The notes beneath the pieces were generated by a model that was not told the DNA's origin, ran no database searches, and saw nothing but the letters and a program-made list of their open reading frames with translations. Positions 52,801 through 64,000 of a DNA stretch of 64,000 bases are shown in pieces. The position numbers and the translations under genes are program-made. Every line of letters starts with the position of its first letter. The stretch's first letter is position 1. This DNA comes from Auanema rhodensis (taxonomy: Eukaryota > Animalia > Nematoda): NCBI GenBank assembly GCA_964057225.1, contig OZ059900.1:18786001-18850000 (forward strand). The letters are read 5' to 3'.

Positions 52801-55750
52801 GAACAAAAATCGATTTAATCAATATTAGCCATAAGGGGCTTGCCCTCAGAATATGCTAATTTCCTTAATTTTCTAACCCCTGTTTTTTGTCGTGAAAGTG
52901 GAACTAGACGTTGTAGGAACAATTTTGAGCTAGGTTTCATTGACATTGCATGAGTTTGAACACATGAAATCGTAAGTCAAAACCTTGTTTACAGCGAAAT
53001 TTCCAAAAACTAGTTTTCCAGCATAATAAAATATTTCTCATGGGAAATACTGTGTTTTTGTATTTTTATAGTGTTCAGCATGTAAAATGCTTCATTTTAG
53101 TATGTAACACGCTGAAATTCGTTGCATTTGACGACTCATATGAACAAAAATCGATTTAATCAATATTAGCCATAAGGGGCGTGCCCTCAGAATATGCTAA
53201 TTTCCTTAATTTTCTAACCCCTGTTTTTTTGTCGTGAAAGTGAAACTAGACGTTGTACGAACAATTTTGAGCTAGGTTTTATTGACATTGCATGAGTTTG
53301 AACACATGAAATCGTAAGTCAAAACCTTGTTTACAGCGAAATTTCCAAAAACTGGTTTTCCAGCATAATAAAATATTTCTCATGAGAAATACTGTGTTTT
53401 TGTATTTTTCTAGTGTTCAGCATGTAAAATGCTTCATTTTAGTATGTAACACGCTGAAATTCGTTGCATTTGACGACTCATATGAACAAAAATCGATTTA
53501 ATCAATATTAGCCATAAGGGGCGTGCCCTCAGAATATGCTAATTTCCTTAATTTTCTAACCCCTGTTTTTTGTCGTGAAAGTGGAACTAGACGTTGTAGG
53601 AACAATTTTGAGCTAGGTTTCATTGACATTGCATGAGTTTGAACACATGAAATCGTAAGTCAAAACCTTGTTTACAGCGAAATTTCCAAAAACTGGTTTT
53701 CCAGCATAATAAAATATTTCTCATGGGAAATACTGTGTTTTTGTATTTTTATAGTGTTCAGCATGTAAAATGCTTCATTTTAGTATGTAACACGCTGAAA
53801 TTCGTTGCATTTGACGACTCATATGAACAAAAATCGATTTAATCAATATTAGCCATAAGGGGCGTGCCCTCAGAATATGCTAATTTCCTTAATTTTCTAA
53901 CCCCTGTTTTTTTGTCGTGAAAGTGGAACTAGACGTTGTACGAACAATTTTGAGCTAGGTTTTATTGACATTGCATGAGTTTGAACACATGAAATCGTAA
54001 GTCAAAACCTTGTTTACAGCGAAATTTCCAAAAACTGGTTTTCCAGCATAATAAAATATTTCTCATGAGAAATACTGTGTTTTTGTATTTTTCTAGTGTT
54101 CAGCATGTAAAATGCTTCATTTTAGTATGTAACACGCTGAAATTCGTTGCATTTGACGACTCATATGAACAAAAATCGATTTAATCAATATTAGCCATAA
54201 GGGGCGTGCCCTCAGAATATGCTAATTTCCTTAATTTTCTAACCCCTGTTTTTTTGTCGTGAAAGTGGAACTAGACGTTGTACGAACAATTTTGAGCTAG
54301 GTTTCATTGACATTGCATGAGTTTGAACACATGAAATCGTAAGTCAAAACCTTGTTTACAGCGAAATTTCCAAAAACTGGTTTTCCAGCATAATAAAATA
54401 TTTCTCATGGGAAATACTGTGTTTTTGTATTTTTATAGTGTTCAGCATGTAAAATGTTTCATTTTAGTATGTAACACGCTGAAATTCGTTGCATTTGACG
54501 ACTCATATGAACAAAAATCGATTTAATCAATATTAGCCATAAAGGGCGTGCCCTCAGAATATGCTAATTTCCTTAATTTTCTAACCCCTGTTTTTTTGTC
54601 GTGAAAGTGGAACTAGACGTTGTAGGAACAATTTTGAGCTAGGTTTCATTGACATTGCATGAGTTTGAACACATGAAATCGTAAGTCAAAACCTTGTTTA
54701 CAGCGAAATTTCCAAAAACTCGTTTTCCAGCATAATAAAATATTTCTCATGGGAAATACTGTGTTTTTGTATTTTTTTAGTGTTCAGCATGTAAAATGCT
54801 TCATTTTAGTATGTAACACGCTGAAATTAATTGCATTTGACGACTCATATGAACAAAAATCGATTTAATCAATATTAGCCATAAGGGGCGTGCCCTCAGA
54901 ATATGCTAATTTCCTTAATTTTCTAACCCCTGTTTTTTTGTCGTGAAAGTGGAACTAGACGTTGTACGAACAATTGTGAGCTAGGTTTCATTGACATTGC
55001 ATGAGTTTGAACACATGAAATCGTAAGTCAAAACCTTGTTTACAGCGAAATTTCCAAAAACTGGTTTTCCAGCATAATAAAATATTTCTCATGGGAAATA
55101 CTGTGTTTTTGTATTTTTCTAGTGTTCAGCATGTGAAATGCTTCATTTTAGTATGTAACACGCTGATATTCGTTGCATTTGACGACTCATATGAACAAAA
55201 ATCGATTTAATCAATATTAGCCATAAGGGGCGTGCCCTCAGAATATGCTAATTTCCTTAATTTTCTAACCCCTGTTTTTTTGTCGTGAAAGTGGAACTAG
55301 ACGTTGTACGAACAATTTTGAGCTAGGTTTTATTGACATTGCATGAGTTTGAACACATGAAATCGTAAGTCAAAACCTTGTTTACAGCGAAATTTCCAAA
55401 AACTGGTTTTCCAGCATAATAAAATATTTCTCATGGGAAATACTGTGTTTTTGTATTTTTCTAGTGTTCAGCATGTGAAATGCTTCATTTTAGTATGTAA
55501 CACGCTGAAATTCGTTGCATTTGACGACTCATATGAACAAAAATCGATTTAATCAATATTAGCCATAAGGGGCGTGCCCTCAGAATATGCTAATTTCCTT
55601 AATTTTCTAACCCCTGTTTTGTTGTCGTGAAAGTGGAACTAGACGTTGTAGGAACAATTTTGAGCTAGGTTTCATTGACATTGCATGAGTTTGAACACAT
55701 GAAATCGTAAGTCAAAACCTTGTTTACAGCGAAATTTCCAAAAACTGGTT
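49900..55750 (-). repeat. About 10-monomer (3418 bp) higher-order duplication
   Basis: The rare AATTGTGAG variant occurs at ~51558 and ~54976, with the same order of flanking variants. Confidence 0.65.
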
Positions 55751-58700
55751 TTCCAGCATAATAAAATATTTCTCATGGGAAATACTGTGTTTTTGTATTT
55801 TTATAGTGTTCAGCATGTAAAATGCTTCATTTTAGTATGTAACACGCTGAAATTCGTTGCATTTGACGACTCATATGAACAAAAATCGATTTAATCAATA
55901 TTAGCCATAAGAGGCGTGCCCTCAGAATATGCTAATTTCCTTAATTTTCTAACCCCTGTTTTTTTGTCGTGAAAGTGGAACTAGACGTTGTAGGAACAAT
56001 TTTGAGCTAGGTTTCATTGACATTGCATGAGTTTGAACACATGAAATCGTAAGTCAAAACCTTGTTTACAGCGAAATTTCCAAAAACTGGTTTTCCAGCA
56101 TAATAAAATATTTCTCATGGGAAATACTGTGTTTTTGTATTTTTTCAGTGTTCAGCATGTGAAATGCTTCATTTTAGTATGTAACACGCTGAAATTCGTT
56201 GCATTTGACGACTCATATGAACAAAAATCGATTTAATCAATATTAGCCATAAGGGGCGTGCCCTCAGAATATGCTAATTTCCTTAATTTTCTAACCCCTG
56301 TTTTGTTGTCGTGAAAGTGGAACTAGACGTTGTAGGAACAATTTTGAGCTAGGTTTCATTGACATTGCATGAGTTTGAACACATGAAATCGTAAGTCAAA
56401 ACCTTGTTTACAGCGAAATTTCCAAAAACTGGTTTTCCAGCATAATAAAATATTTCTCATGGGAAATACTGTGTTTTTGTATTTTTCTAGTGTTCAGCAT
56501 GTAAAATGCTTCATTTTAGTATGTAACACGCTGAAATTCGTTTCATTTGACGACTCATATGAACAAAAATCGATTTAATCAATATTAGCCATAAGGGGCG
56601 TGCCCTCAGAATATGCTAATTTCCTTAATTTTCTAACCCCTGTTTTTTTGTCGTGAAAGTGGAACTAGACGTTGTAGGAACAATTTTGAGCTAGGTTTCA
56701 TTGACATTGCATGAGTTTGAACACATGAAATCGTAAGTCAAAACCTTGTTTACAGCGAAATTTCCAAAAACTGGTTTTCCAGCATAATAAAATATTTCTC
56801 ATGGGAAATACTGTGTTTTTGTATTTTTTTAGTGTTCAGCATGTAAAATGCTTCATTTTAGTATGTAACACGCTGAAATTAATTGCATTTGACGACTCAT
56901 ATGAACAAAAATCGATTTAATCAATATTAGCCATAAGGGGCGTGCCCTCAGAATATGCTAATTTCCTTAATTTTCTAACCCCTGTTTTTTTGTCGTGAAA
57001 GTGGAACTAGACGTTGTACGAACAATTTTGAGCTAGGTTTCATTGACATTGCATGAGTTTGAACACATGAAATCGTAAGTCAAAACCTTGTTTACAGCGA
57101 ACTTTCCAAAAACTGGTTTTCCAGCATAATAAAATATTTCTTATGGGAAATACTGTGTTTTTGTATTTTTCTAGTGTTCAGCATGTAAAATACTTCATTT
57201 TAGTATAAAACACGCTGAAATTCGTTGCATTTGACGACTCATATGAACAAAAATCGATTTAATCAATATTAGCCATAAGGGGCGTGCCCTCAGAATATGC
57301 TAATTTCCTTAATTTTCTAACCCCTGTTTTGTTGTCGTGAAAGTGGAACTAGACGTTGTAGGAACAATTTTGAGCTAGGTTTCATTGACATTGCATGAGT
57401 TTGAACACATGAAATCGTAAGTCAAAACCTTGTTTACAGCGAAATTTCCAAAAACTGGTTTTCCAGCATAATAAAATATTTCTCATGGGAAATACTGTGT
57501 TTTTGTATTTTTATAGTGTTCAGCATGTAAAATGCTTCATTTTAGTATGTAACACGCTGAAATTCGTTGCATTTGACGACTCATATGAACAAAAATCGAT
57601 TTAATCAATATTAGCCATAAGAGGCGTGCCCTCAGAATATGCTAATTTCCTTAATTTTCTAACCCCTGTTTTTTTGTCGTGAAAGTGGAACTAGACGTTG
57701 TAGGAACAATTTTGAGCTAGGTTTCATTGACATTGCATGAGTTTGAACACATGAAATCGTAAGTCAAAACCTTGTTTACAGCGAAATTTCCAAAAACTGG
57801 TTTTCCAGCATAATAAAATATTTCTCATGGGAAATACTGTGTTTTTGTATTTTTTCAGTGTTCAGCATGTGAAATGCTTCATTTTAGTATGTAACACGCT
57901 GAAATTCGTTGCATTTGACGACTCATATGAACAAAAATCGATTTAATCAATATTAGCCATAAGGGGCGTGCCCTCAGAATATGCTAATTTCCTTAATTTT
58001 CTAACCCCTGTTTTGTTGTCGTGAAAGTGGAACTAGACGTTGTAGGAACAATTTTGAGCTAGGTTTCATTGACATTGCATGAGTTTGAACACATGAAATC
58101 GTAAGTCAAAACCTTGTTTACAGCGAAATTTCCAAAAACTGGTTTTCCAGCATAATAAAATATTTCTCATGGGAAATACTGTGTTTTTGTATTTTTCTAG
58201 TGTTCAGCATGTAAAATGCTTCATTTTAGTATGTAACACGCTGAAATTCGTTGCATTTGACGACTCATATGAACAAAAATCGATTTAATCAATATTAGCC
58301 ATAAGGGGCGTGCCCTCAGAATATGCTAATTTCCTTAATTTTCTAACCCCTGTTTTTTTGTCGTGAAAGTGGAACTAGACGTTGTAGGAACAATTTTGAG
58401 CTAGGTTTCATTGACATTGCATGAGTTTGAACACATGAAATCGTAAGTCAAAACCTTGTTTACAGCGAAATTTCCAAAAACTGGTTTTCCAGCATAATAA
58501 AATATTTCTCATGGGAAATACTGTGTTTTTGTATTTTTTTAGTGTTCAGCATGTAAAATGCTTCATTTTAGTATGTAACACGCTGAAATTAATTGCATTT
58601 GACGACTCATATGAACAAAAATCGATTTAATCAATATTAGCCATAAGGGGCGTGCCCTCAGAATATGCTAATTTCCTTAATTTTCTAACCCCTGTTTTTT

Positions 58701-59090
58701 TGTCGTGAAAGTGGAACTAGACGTTGTACGAACAATTTTGAGCTAGGTTTCATTGACATTGCATGAGTTTGAACACATGAAATCGTAAGTCAAAACCTTG
58801 TTTACAGCGAACTTTCCAAAAACTGGTTTTCCAGCATAATAAAATATTTCTCATGGGAAATACTGTGTTTTTGTATTTTTCTAGTGTTCAGCATGTGAAA
58901 TGCTTCATTTTAGTATGTAACACGCTGAAATTCGTTGCATTTGACGACTCATATGAACAAAAATCGATTTAATCAATATTAGCCATAAGGGGCGTGCCCT
59001 CAGAATATGCTAATTTCCTTAATTTTCTAACCCCTGTATTGTTGTCGTTAAAGTGGAACTAGACGTTGTAGGAACAATTTTGAGCTAGGT
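55600..59090 (-). repeat. 5-monomer higher-order repeat (1710 bp), 2 copies
   Basis: GAGGCGTG (55911/57621), TTTTTCAGTG (56141/57851) and ACTTTCC (57101/58811) are all offset by 1710. Confidence 0.82.
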
Positions 59091-59280
59091 TTCAAATTTC
59101 CAAAAACTGGTTTTCCAGCATAATAAAATATTTCTCATGGGAAATACTGTGTTTTTGTATTTTTCTAGTGTTCAGCATGTAAAATGCTTCATTTTAGTAT
59201 GTAACACGCTGAAATACAAAAACACAGTATTTCCCATGAGAAATATTTTATTATGCTGGAAAACCAGTTTTTGGAAATTT
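59088..59280. other. Composite junction, copy 2: 58-bp deletion plus fold-back
   Basis: Same breakpoints as 6411-6603, offset 52677, same orientation. Confidence 0.93.
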
Positions 59281-60374
59281 CGCTGTAAACAAGGTTTTGA
59301 CTTACGATTTCATGTGTTCAAACTCATGCAATGTCAATGAAACCTAGCTCAAAATTGTTCGTACAACGTCTAGTTCCACTTTCACGACAAAAAAACAGGG
59401 GTTAGAAAATTAAGGAAATTAGCATATTCTGAGGGCACGCCCCTTATGGCTAATATTGATTAAATCGATTTTTGTTCATATGAGTCGTCAAATGCAACTA
59501 ATTTCAGCGTGTTACATACTAAAATGAAGCATTTTACATGCTGAACACTAGAAAAATACAAAAACACAGTATTTCCCATGAGAAATATTTTATTATGCTG
59601 GAAAACCAGTTTTTGGAAATTTCGCTGTAAACAAGGTTTTGACTTACGATTTCATGTGTTCAAACTCATGCAATGTCAATGAAACCTAGCTCAAAATTGT
59701 TCCTACAACGTCTAGTTCCACTTTCACGACAAAAAACAGGGGTTAGAAAATTAAGGAAATTAGCATATTCTGAGGGCACGCCCCTTATGGCTAATATTGA
59801 TTAAATCGATTTTTGTTCATATGAGTCGTCAAATGCAACGAATTTCAGCGTGTTACATACTAAAATGAAGCATTTTACATGCTGAACACTAGAAAAATAC
59901 AAAAACACAGTATTTCCCATGAGAAATATTTTATTATGCTGGAAAACCAGTTTTTGGAAATTTCGCTGTAAACAAGGTTTTGACTTACGATTTCATGTGT
60001 TCAAACTCATGCAATGTCAATGAAACCTAGCTCAAAATTGTTCCTACAACGTCTAGTTCCACTTTCACGACAACAAAACAGGGGTTAGAAAATTAAGGAA
60101 ATTAGCATATTCTGAGGGCACGCCCCTTATGGCTAATATTGATTAAATCGATTTTTGTTCATATGAGTCGTCAAATGCAACGAATTTCAGCGTGTTACAT
60201 ACTAAAATGAAGCATTTCACATGCTGAACACTAGAAAAATACAAAAACACAGTATTTCCTATGAGAAATATTTTAATATGCTGGAAAACCAGTTTTTTGA
60301 AATTTCGCTGTAAACAAGGTTTTGACTTACGATTTCATGTGTTCAAACTCATGCAATGTCAATGAAACCTAGCT
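59212..60374 (+). repeat. Satellite block 5, forward (about 3.4 monomers)
   Basis: Forward monomers ending at GAAACCTAGCT. Confidence 0.95.
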
Positions 60375-60384
60375 TTTTTTCTTT
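60375..60384. other. Inversion junction (+ to -) with 10-bp T-rich filler TTTTTTCTTT
   Basis: ...CCTAGCT|TTTTTTCTTT|TTTTCTAACCCCTG... Confidence 0.92.
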
Positions 60385-63313
60385 TTTTCTAACCCCTGTT
60401 TTTTTGTCGTGAAAGTGGAACTAGACGTTGTACGAACAATTGTGAGCTAGGTTTCATTGACATTGCATGAGTTTGAACACATGAAATCGTAAGTCAAAAC
60501 CTTGTTTACAGCGAAATTTCCAAAAACTCGTTTTCCAGCATAATAAAATATTTCTCATGGGAAATACTGTGTTTTTGTATTTTTTTAGTGTTCAGCATGT
60601 AAAATGCTTCATTTTAGTATGTAACACGCTGAAATTAATTGCATTTGACGACTCATATGAACAAAAATCGATTTAATCAATATTAGCCATAAGGGGCGTG
60701 CCCTCAGAATATGCTAATTTCCTTAATTTTCTAACCCCTGTTTTTTTGTCGTGAAAGTGGAACTAGACGTTGTAGGAACAATTTTGAGCTAGGTTTCATT
60801 GACATTGCATGAGTTTGAACACATGAAATCGTAAGTCAAAACCTTGTTTACAGCGAAATTTCCAAAAACTGGTTTTCCAGCATAATAAAATATTTCTCAT
60901 GGGAAATACTGTGTTTTTGTATTTTTTTAGTGTTCAGCATGTAAAATGCTTCATTTTAGTATGTAACACGCTGAAATTAATTGCATTTGACGACTCATAT
61001 GAACAAAAATCGATTTAATCAATATTAGCCATAAGGGGCGTGCCCTCAGAATATGCTAATTTCCTTAATTTTCTAACCCCTGTTTTTTTGTCGTGAAAGT
61101 GGAACTAGACGTTGTACGAACAATTTTGAGCTAGGTTTCATTGACATTGCATGAGTTTGAACACATGAAATCGTAAGTCAAAACCTTGTTTACAGCGAAC
61201 TTTCCAAAAACTGGTTTTCCAGCATAATAAAATATTTCTTATGGGAAATACTGTGTTTTTGTATTTTTCTAGTGTTCAGCATGTAAAATACTTCATTTTA
61301 GTATAAAACACGCTGAAATTCGTTGCATTTGACGACTCATATGAACAAAAATCGATTTAATCAATATTAGCCATAAGGGGCGTGCCCTCAGAATATGCTA
61401 ATTTCCTTAATTTTCTAACCCCTGTTTTGTTGTCGTGAAAGTGGAACTAGACGTTGTAGGAACAATTTTGAGCTAGGTTTCATTGACATTGCATGAGTTT
61501 GAACACATGAAATCGTAAGTCAAAACCTTGTTTACAGCGAAATTTCCAAAAACTGGTTTTCCAGCATAATAAAATATTTCTCATGGGAAATACTGTGTTT
61601 TTGTATTTTTATAGTGTTCAGCATGTAAAATGCTTCATTTTAGTATGTAACACGCTGAAATTCGTTGCATTTGACGACTCATATGAACAAAAATCGATTT
61701 AATCAATATTAGCCATAAGAGGCGTGCCCTCAGAATATGCTAATTTCCTTAATTTTCTAACCCCTGTTTTTTTGTCGTGAAAGTGGAACTAGACGTTGTA
61801 GGAACAATTTTGAGCTAGGTTTCATTGACATTGCATGAGTTTGAACACATGAAATCGTAAGTCAAAACCTTGTTTACAGCGAAATTTCCAAAAACTGGTT
61901 TTCCAGCATAATAAAATATTTCTCATGGGAAATACTGTGTTTTTGTATTTTTTCAGTGTTCAGCATGTGAAATGCTTCATTTTAGTATGTAACACGCTGA
62001 AATTCGTTGCATTTGACGACTCATATGAACAAAAATCGATTTAATCAATATTAGCCATAAGGGGCGTGCCCTCAGAATATGCTAATTTCCTTAATTTTCT
62101 AACCCCTGTTTTGTTGTCGTGAAAGTGGAACTAGACGTTGTAGGAACAATTTTGAGCTAGGTTTCATTGACATTGCATGAGTTTGAACACATGAAATCGT
62201 AAGTCAAAACCTTGTTTACAGCGAAATTTCCAAAAACTGGTTTTCCAGCATAATAAAATATTTCTCATGGGAAATACTGTGTTTTTGTATTTTTCTAGTG
62301 TTCAGCATGTAAAATGCTTCATTTTAGTATGTAACACGCTGAAATTCGTTGCATTTGACGACTCATATGAACAAAAATCGATTTAATCAATATTAGCCAT
62401 AAGGGGCGTGCCCTCAGAATATGCTAATTTCCTTAATTTTCTAACCCCTGTTTTTTTGTCGTGAAAGTGGAACTAGACGTTGTAGGAACAATTTTGAGCT
62501 AGGTTTCATTGACATTGCATGAGTTTGAACACATGAAATCGTAAGTCAAAACCTTGTTTACAGCGAAATTTCCAAAAACTGGTTTTCCAGCATAATAAAA
62601 TATTTCTCATGGGAAATACTGTGTTTTTGTATTTTTTTAGTGTTCAGCATGTAAAATGCTTCATTTTAGTATGTAACACGCTGAAATTAATTGCATTTGA
62701 CGACTCATATGAACAAAAATCGATTTAATCAATATTAGCCATAAGGGGCGTGCCCTCAGAATATGCTAATTTCCTTAATTTTCTAACCCCTGTTTTTTTG
62801 TCGTGAAAGTGGAACTAGACGTTGTACGAACAATTTTGAGCTAGGTTTCATTGACATTGCATGAGTTTGAACACATGAAATCGTAAGTCAAAACCTTGTT
62901 TACAGCGAACTTTCCAAAAACTGGTTTTCCAGCATAATAAAATATTTCTCATGGGAAATACTGTGTTTTTGTATTTTTCTAGTGTTCAGCATGTGAAATG
63001 CTTCATTTTAGTATGTAACACGCTGAAATTCGTTGCATTTGACGACTCATATGAACAAAAATCGATTTAATCAATATTAGCCATAAGGGGCGTGCCCTCA
63101 GAATATGCTAATTTCCTTAATTTTCTAACCCCTGTATTGTTGTCGTTAAAGTGGAACTAGACGTTGTAGGAACAATTTTGAGCTAGGTTTCAAATTTCCA
63201 AAAACTGGTTTTCCAGCATAATAAAATATTTCTCATGGGAAATACTGTGTTTTTGTATTTTTCTAGTGTTCAGCATGTAAAATGCTTCATTTTAGTATGT
63301 AACACGCTGAAAT
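60385..63313 (-). repeat. Satellite block 6, inverted (about 8.7 monomers)
   Basis: Reverse-complement monomers. Confidence 0.95.
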
Positions 63314-63378
63314 ACAAAAACACAGTATTTCCCATGAGAAATATTTTATTATGCTGGAAAACCAGTTTTTGGAAATTT
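63186..63378. other. Composite junction, copy 3: 58-bp deletion plus fold-back
   Basis: Identical to copy 2, offset 4098. Confidence 0.93.
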
Positions 63379-64000
63379 CGCTGTAAACAAGGTTTTGACT
63401 TACGATTTCATGTGTTCAAACTCATGCAATGTCAATGAAACCTAGCTCAAAATTGTTCGTACAACGTCTAGTTCCACTTTCACGACAAAAAAACAGGGGT
63501 TAGAAAATTAAGGAAATTAGCATATTCTGAGGGCACGCCCCTTATGGCTAATATTGATTAAATCGATTTTTGTTCATATGAGTCGTCAAATGCAACTAAT
63601 TTCAGCGTGTTACATACTAAAATGAAGCATTTTACATGCTGAACACTAGAAAAATACAAAAACACAGTATTTCCCATGAGAAATATTTTATTATGCTGGA
63701 AAACCAGTTTTTGGAAATTTCGCTGTAAACAAGGTTTTGACTTACGATTTCATGTGTTCAAACTCATGCAATGTCAATGAAACCTAGCTCAAAATTGTTC
63801 CTACAACGTCTAGTTCCACTTTCACGACAAAAAACAGGGGTTAGAAAATTAAGGAAATTAGCATATTCTGAGGGCACGCCCCTTATGGCTAATATTGATT
63901 AAATCGATTTTTGTTCATATGAGTCGTCAAATGCAACGAATTTCAGCGTGTTACATACTAAAATGAAGCATTTTACATGCTGAACACTAGAAAAATACAA
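63310..64000 (+). repeat. Satellite block 7, forward (runs off the window)
   Basis: Forward monomers to the end of the window. Confidence 0.95.

Larger units (their letters stand above)
32842..59215 (-). repeat. Satellite block 4, inverted (about 77 monomers)
   Basis: Reverse-complement monomers. Register arithmetic gives 77x342-68, matching the 58-bp deletion plus ten T7-to-T6 contractions. Confidence 0.95.
1..64000. repeat. 342-bp monomer tandem satellite DNA array (about 187 copies), probably (peri)centromeric/heterochromatic
   Basis: AATATTTTATTATGCTGGAAAACC starts at 1, 343 and 685 (period 342). Lines 3420 bp apart are in register (7201 vs 10621). Monomers differ by only a few recurrent SNPs and A6/A7 slippage, and no unique sequence longer than about 10 bp is present. 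Centromeric location is inference. Confidence 0.98.
56550..64000. repeat. 4098-bp-period direct duplication containing inversion junctions
   Basis: Offset 4098 for ACTTTCC..TTATGGG..TAGTATAAAA (57101/61199), TTTTTCAGTG (57851/61949), GTATTGTTGTCGTTA (~59036/63134), the composite junction (59094/63192) and GCAACTAA (~59494/63592). Confidence 0.92.

Noticed and set aside
1-64000. CRISPR array or prokaryotic repeat system
   Set aside because: There are no unique spacers and no cas or other genes. The repeats are contiguous 342-bp units.

Overview
The whole 64 kb window is one highly homogeneous, AT-rich (about 34% GC by hand count of one monomer) tandem satellite array with a 342-bp monomer and about 187 copies. 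It looks like eukaryotic (peri)centromeric or other heterochromatic DNA. I can support no genes, RNA genes, transposons or CRISPR arrays, and the listed ORFs are by-products of rearrangements or stop-codon SNPs. I cannot name the satellite family or host. The interest lies in the architecture. The array switches orientation six times (+1-5097, -5108-6538, +6535-32845, -32842-59215, +59212-60374, -60385-63313, +63310-end), forming macro-dyads with 49-151 nt spacers. The two central arms each span 77 monomer registers (about 26.3 kb). Four distinct rearrangements have a breakpoint at the same 8-bp palindrome (GAAATTTC) of the monomer. One composite junction (58-bp deletion plus fold-back) is present three times. 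Two of those copies lie in a 4098-bp higher-order duplication that itself contains strand switches. Two junctions carry 10-bp T-rich fillers. Shared SNPs define nested higher-order repeats of 2, 5, 7, 10, 12, 18 and 24-25 monomers.
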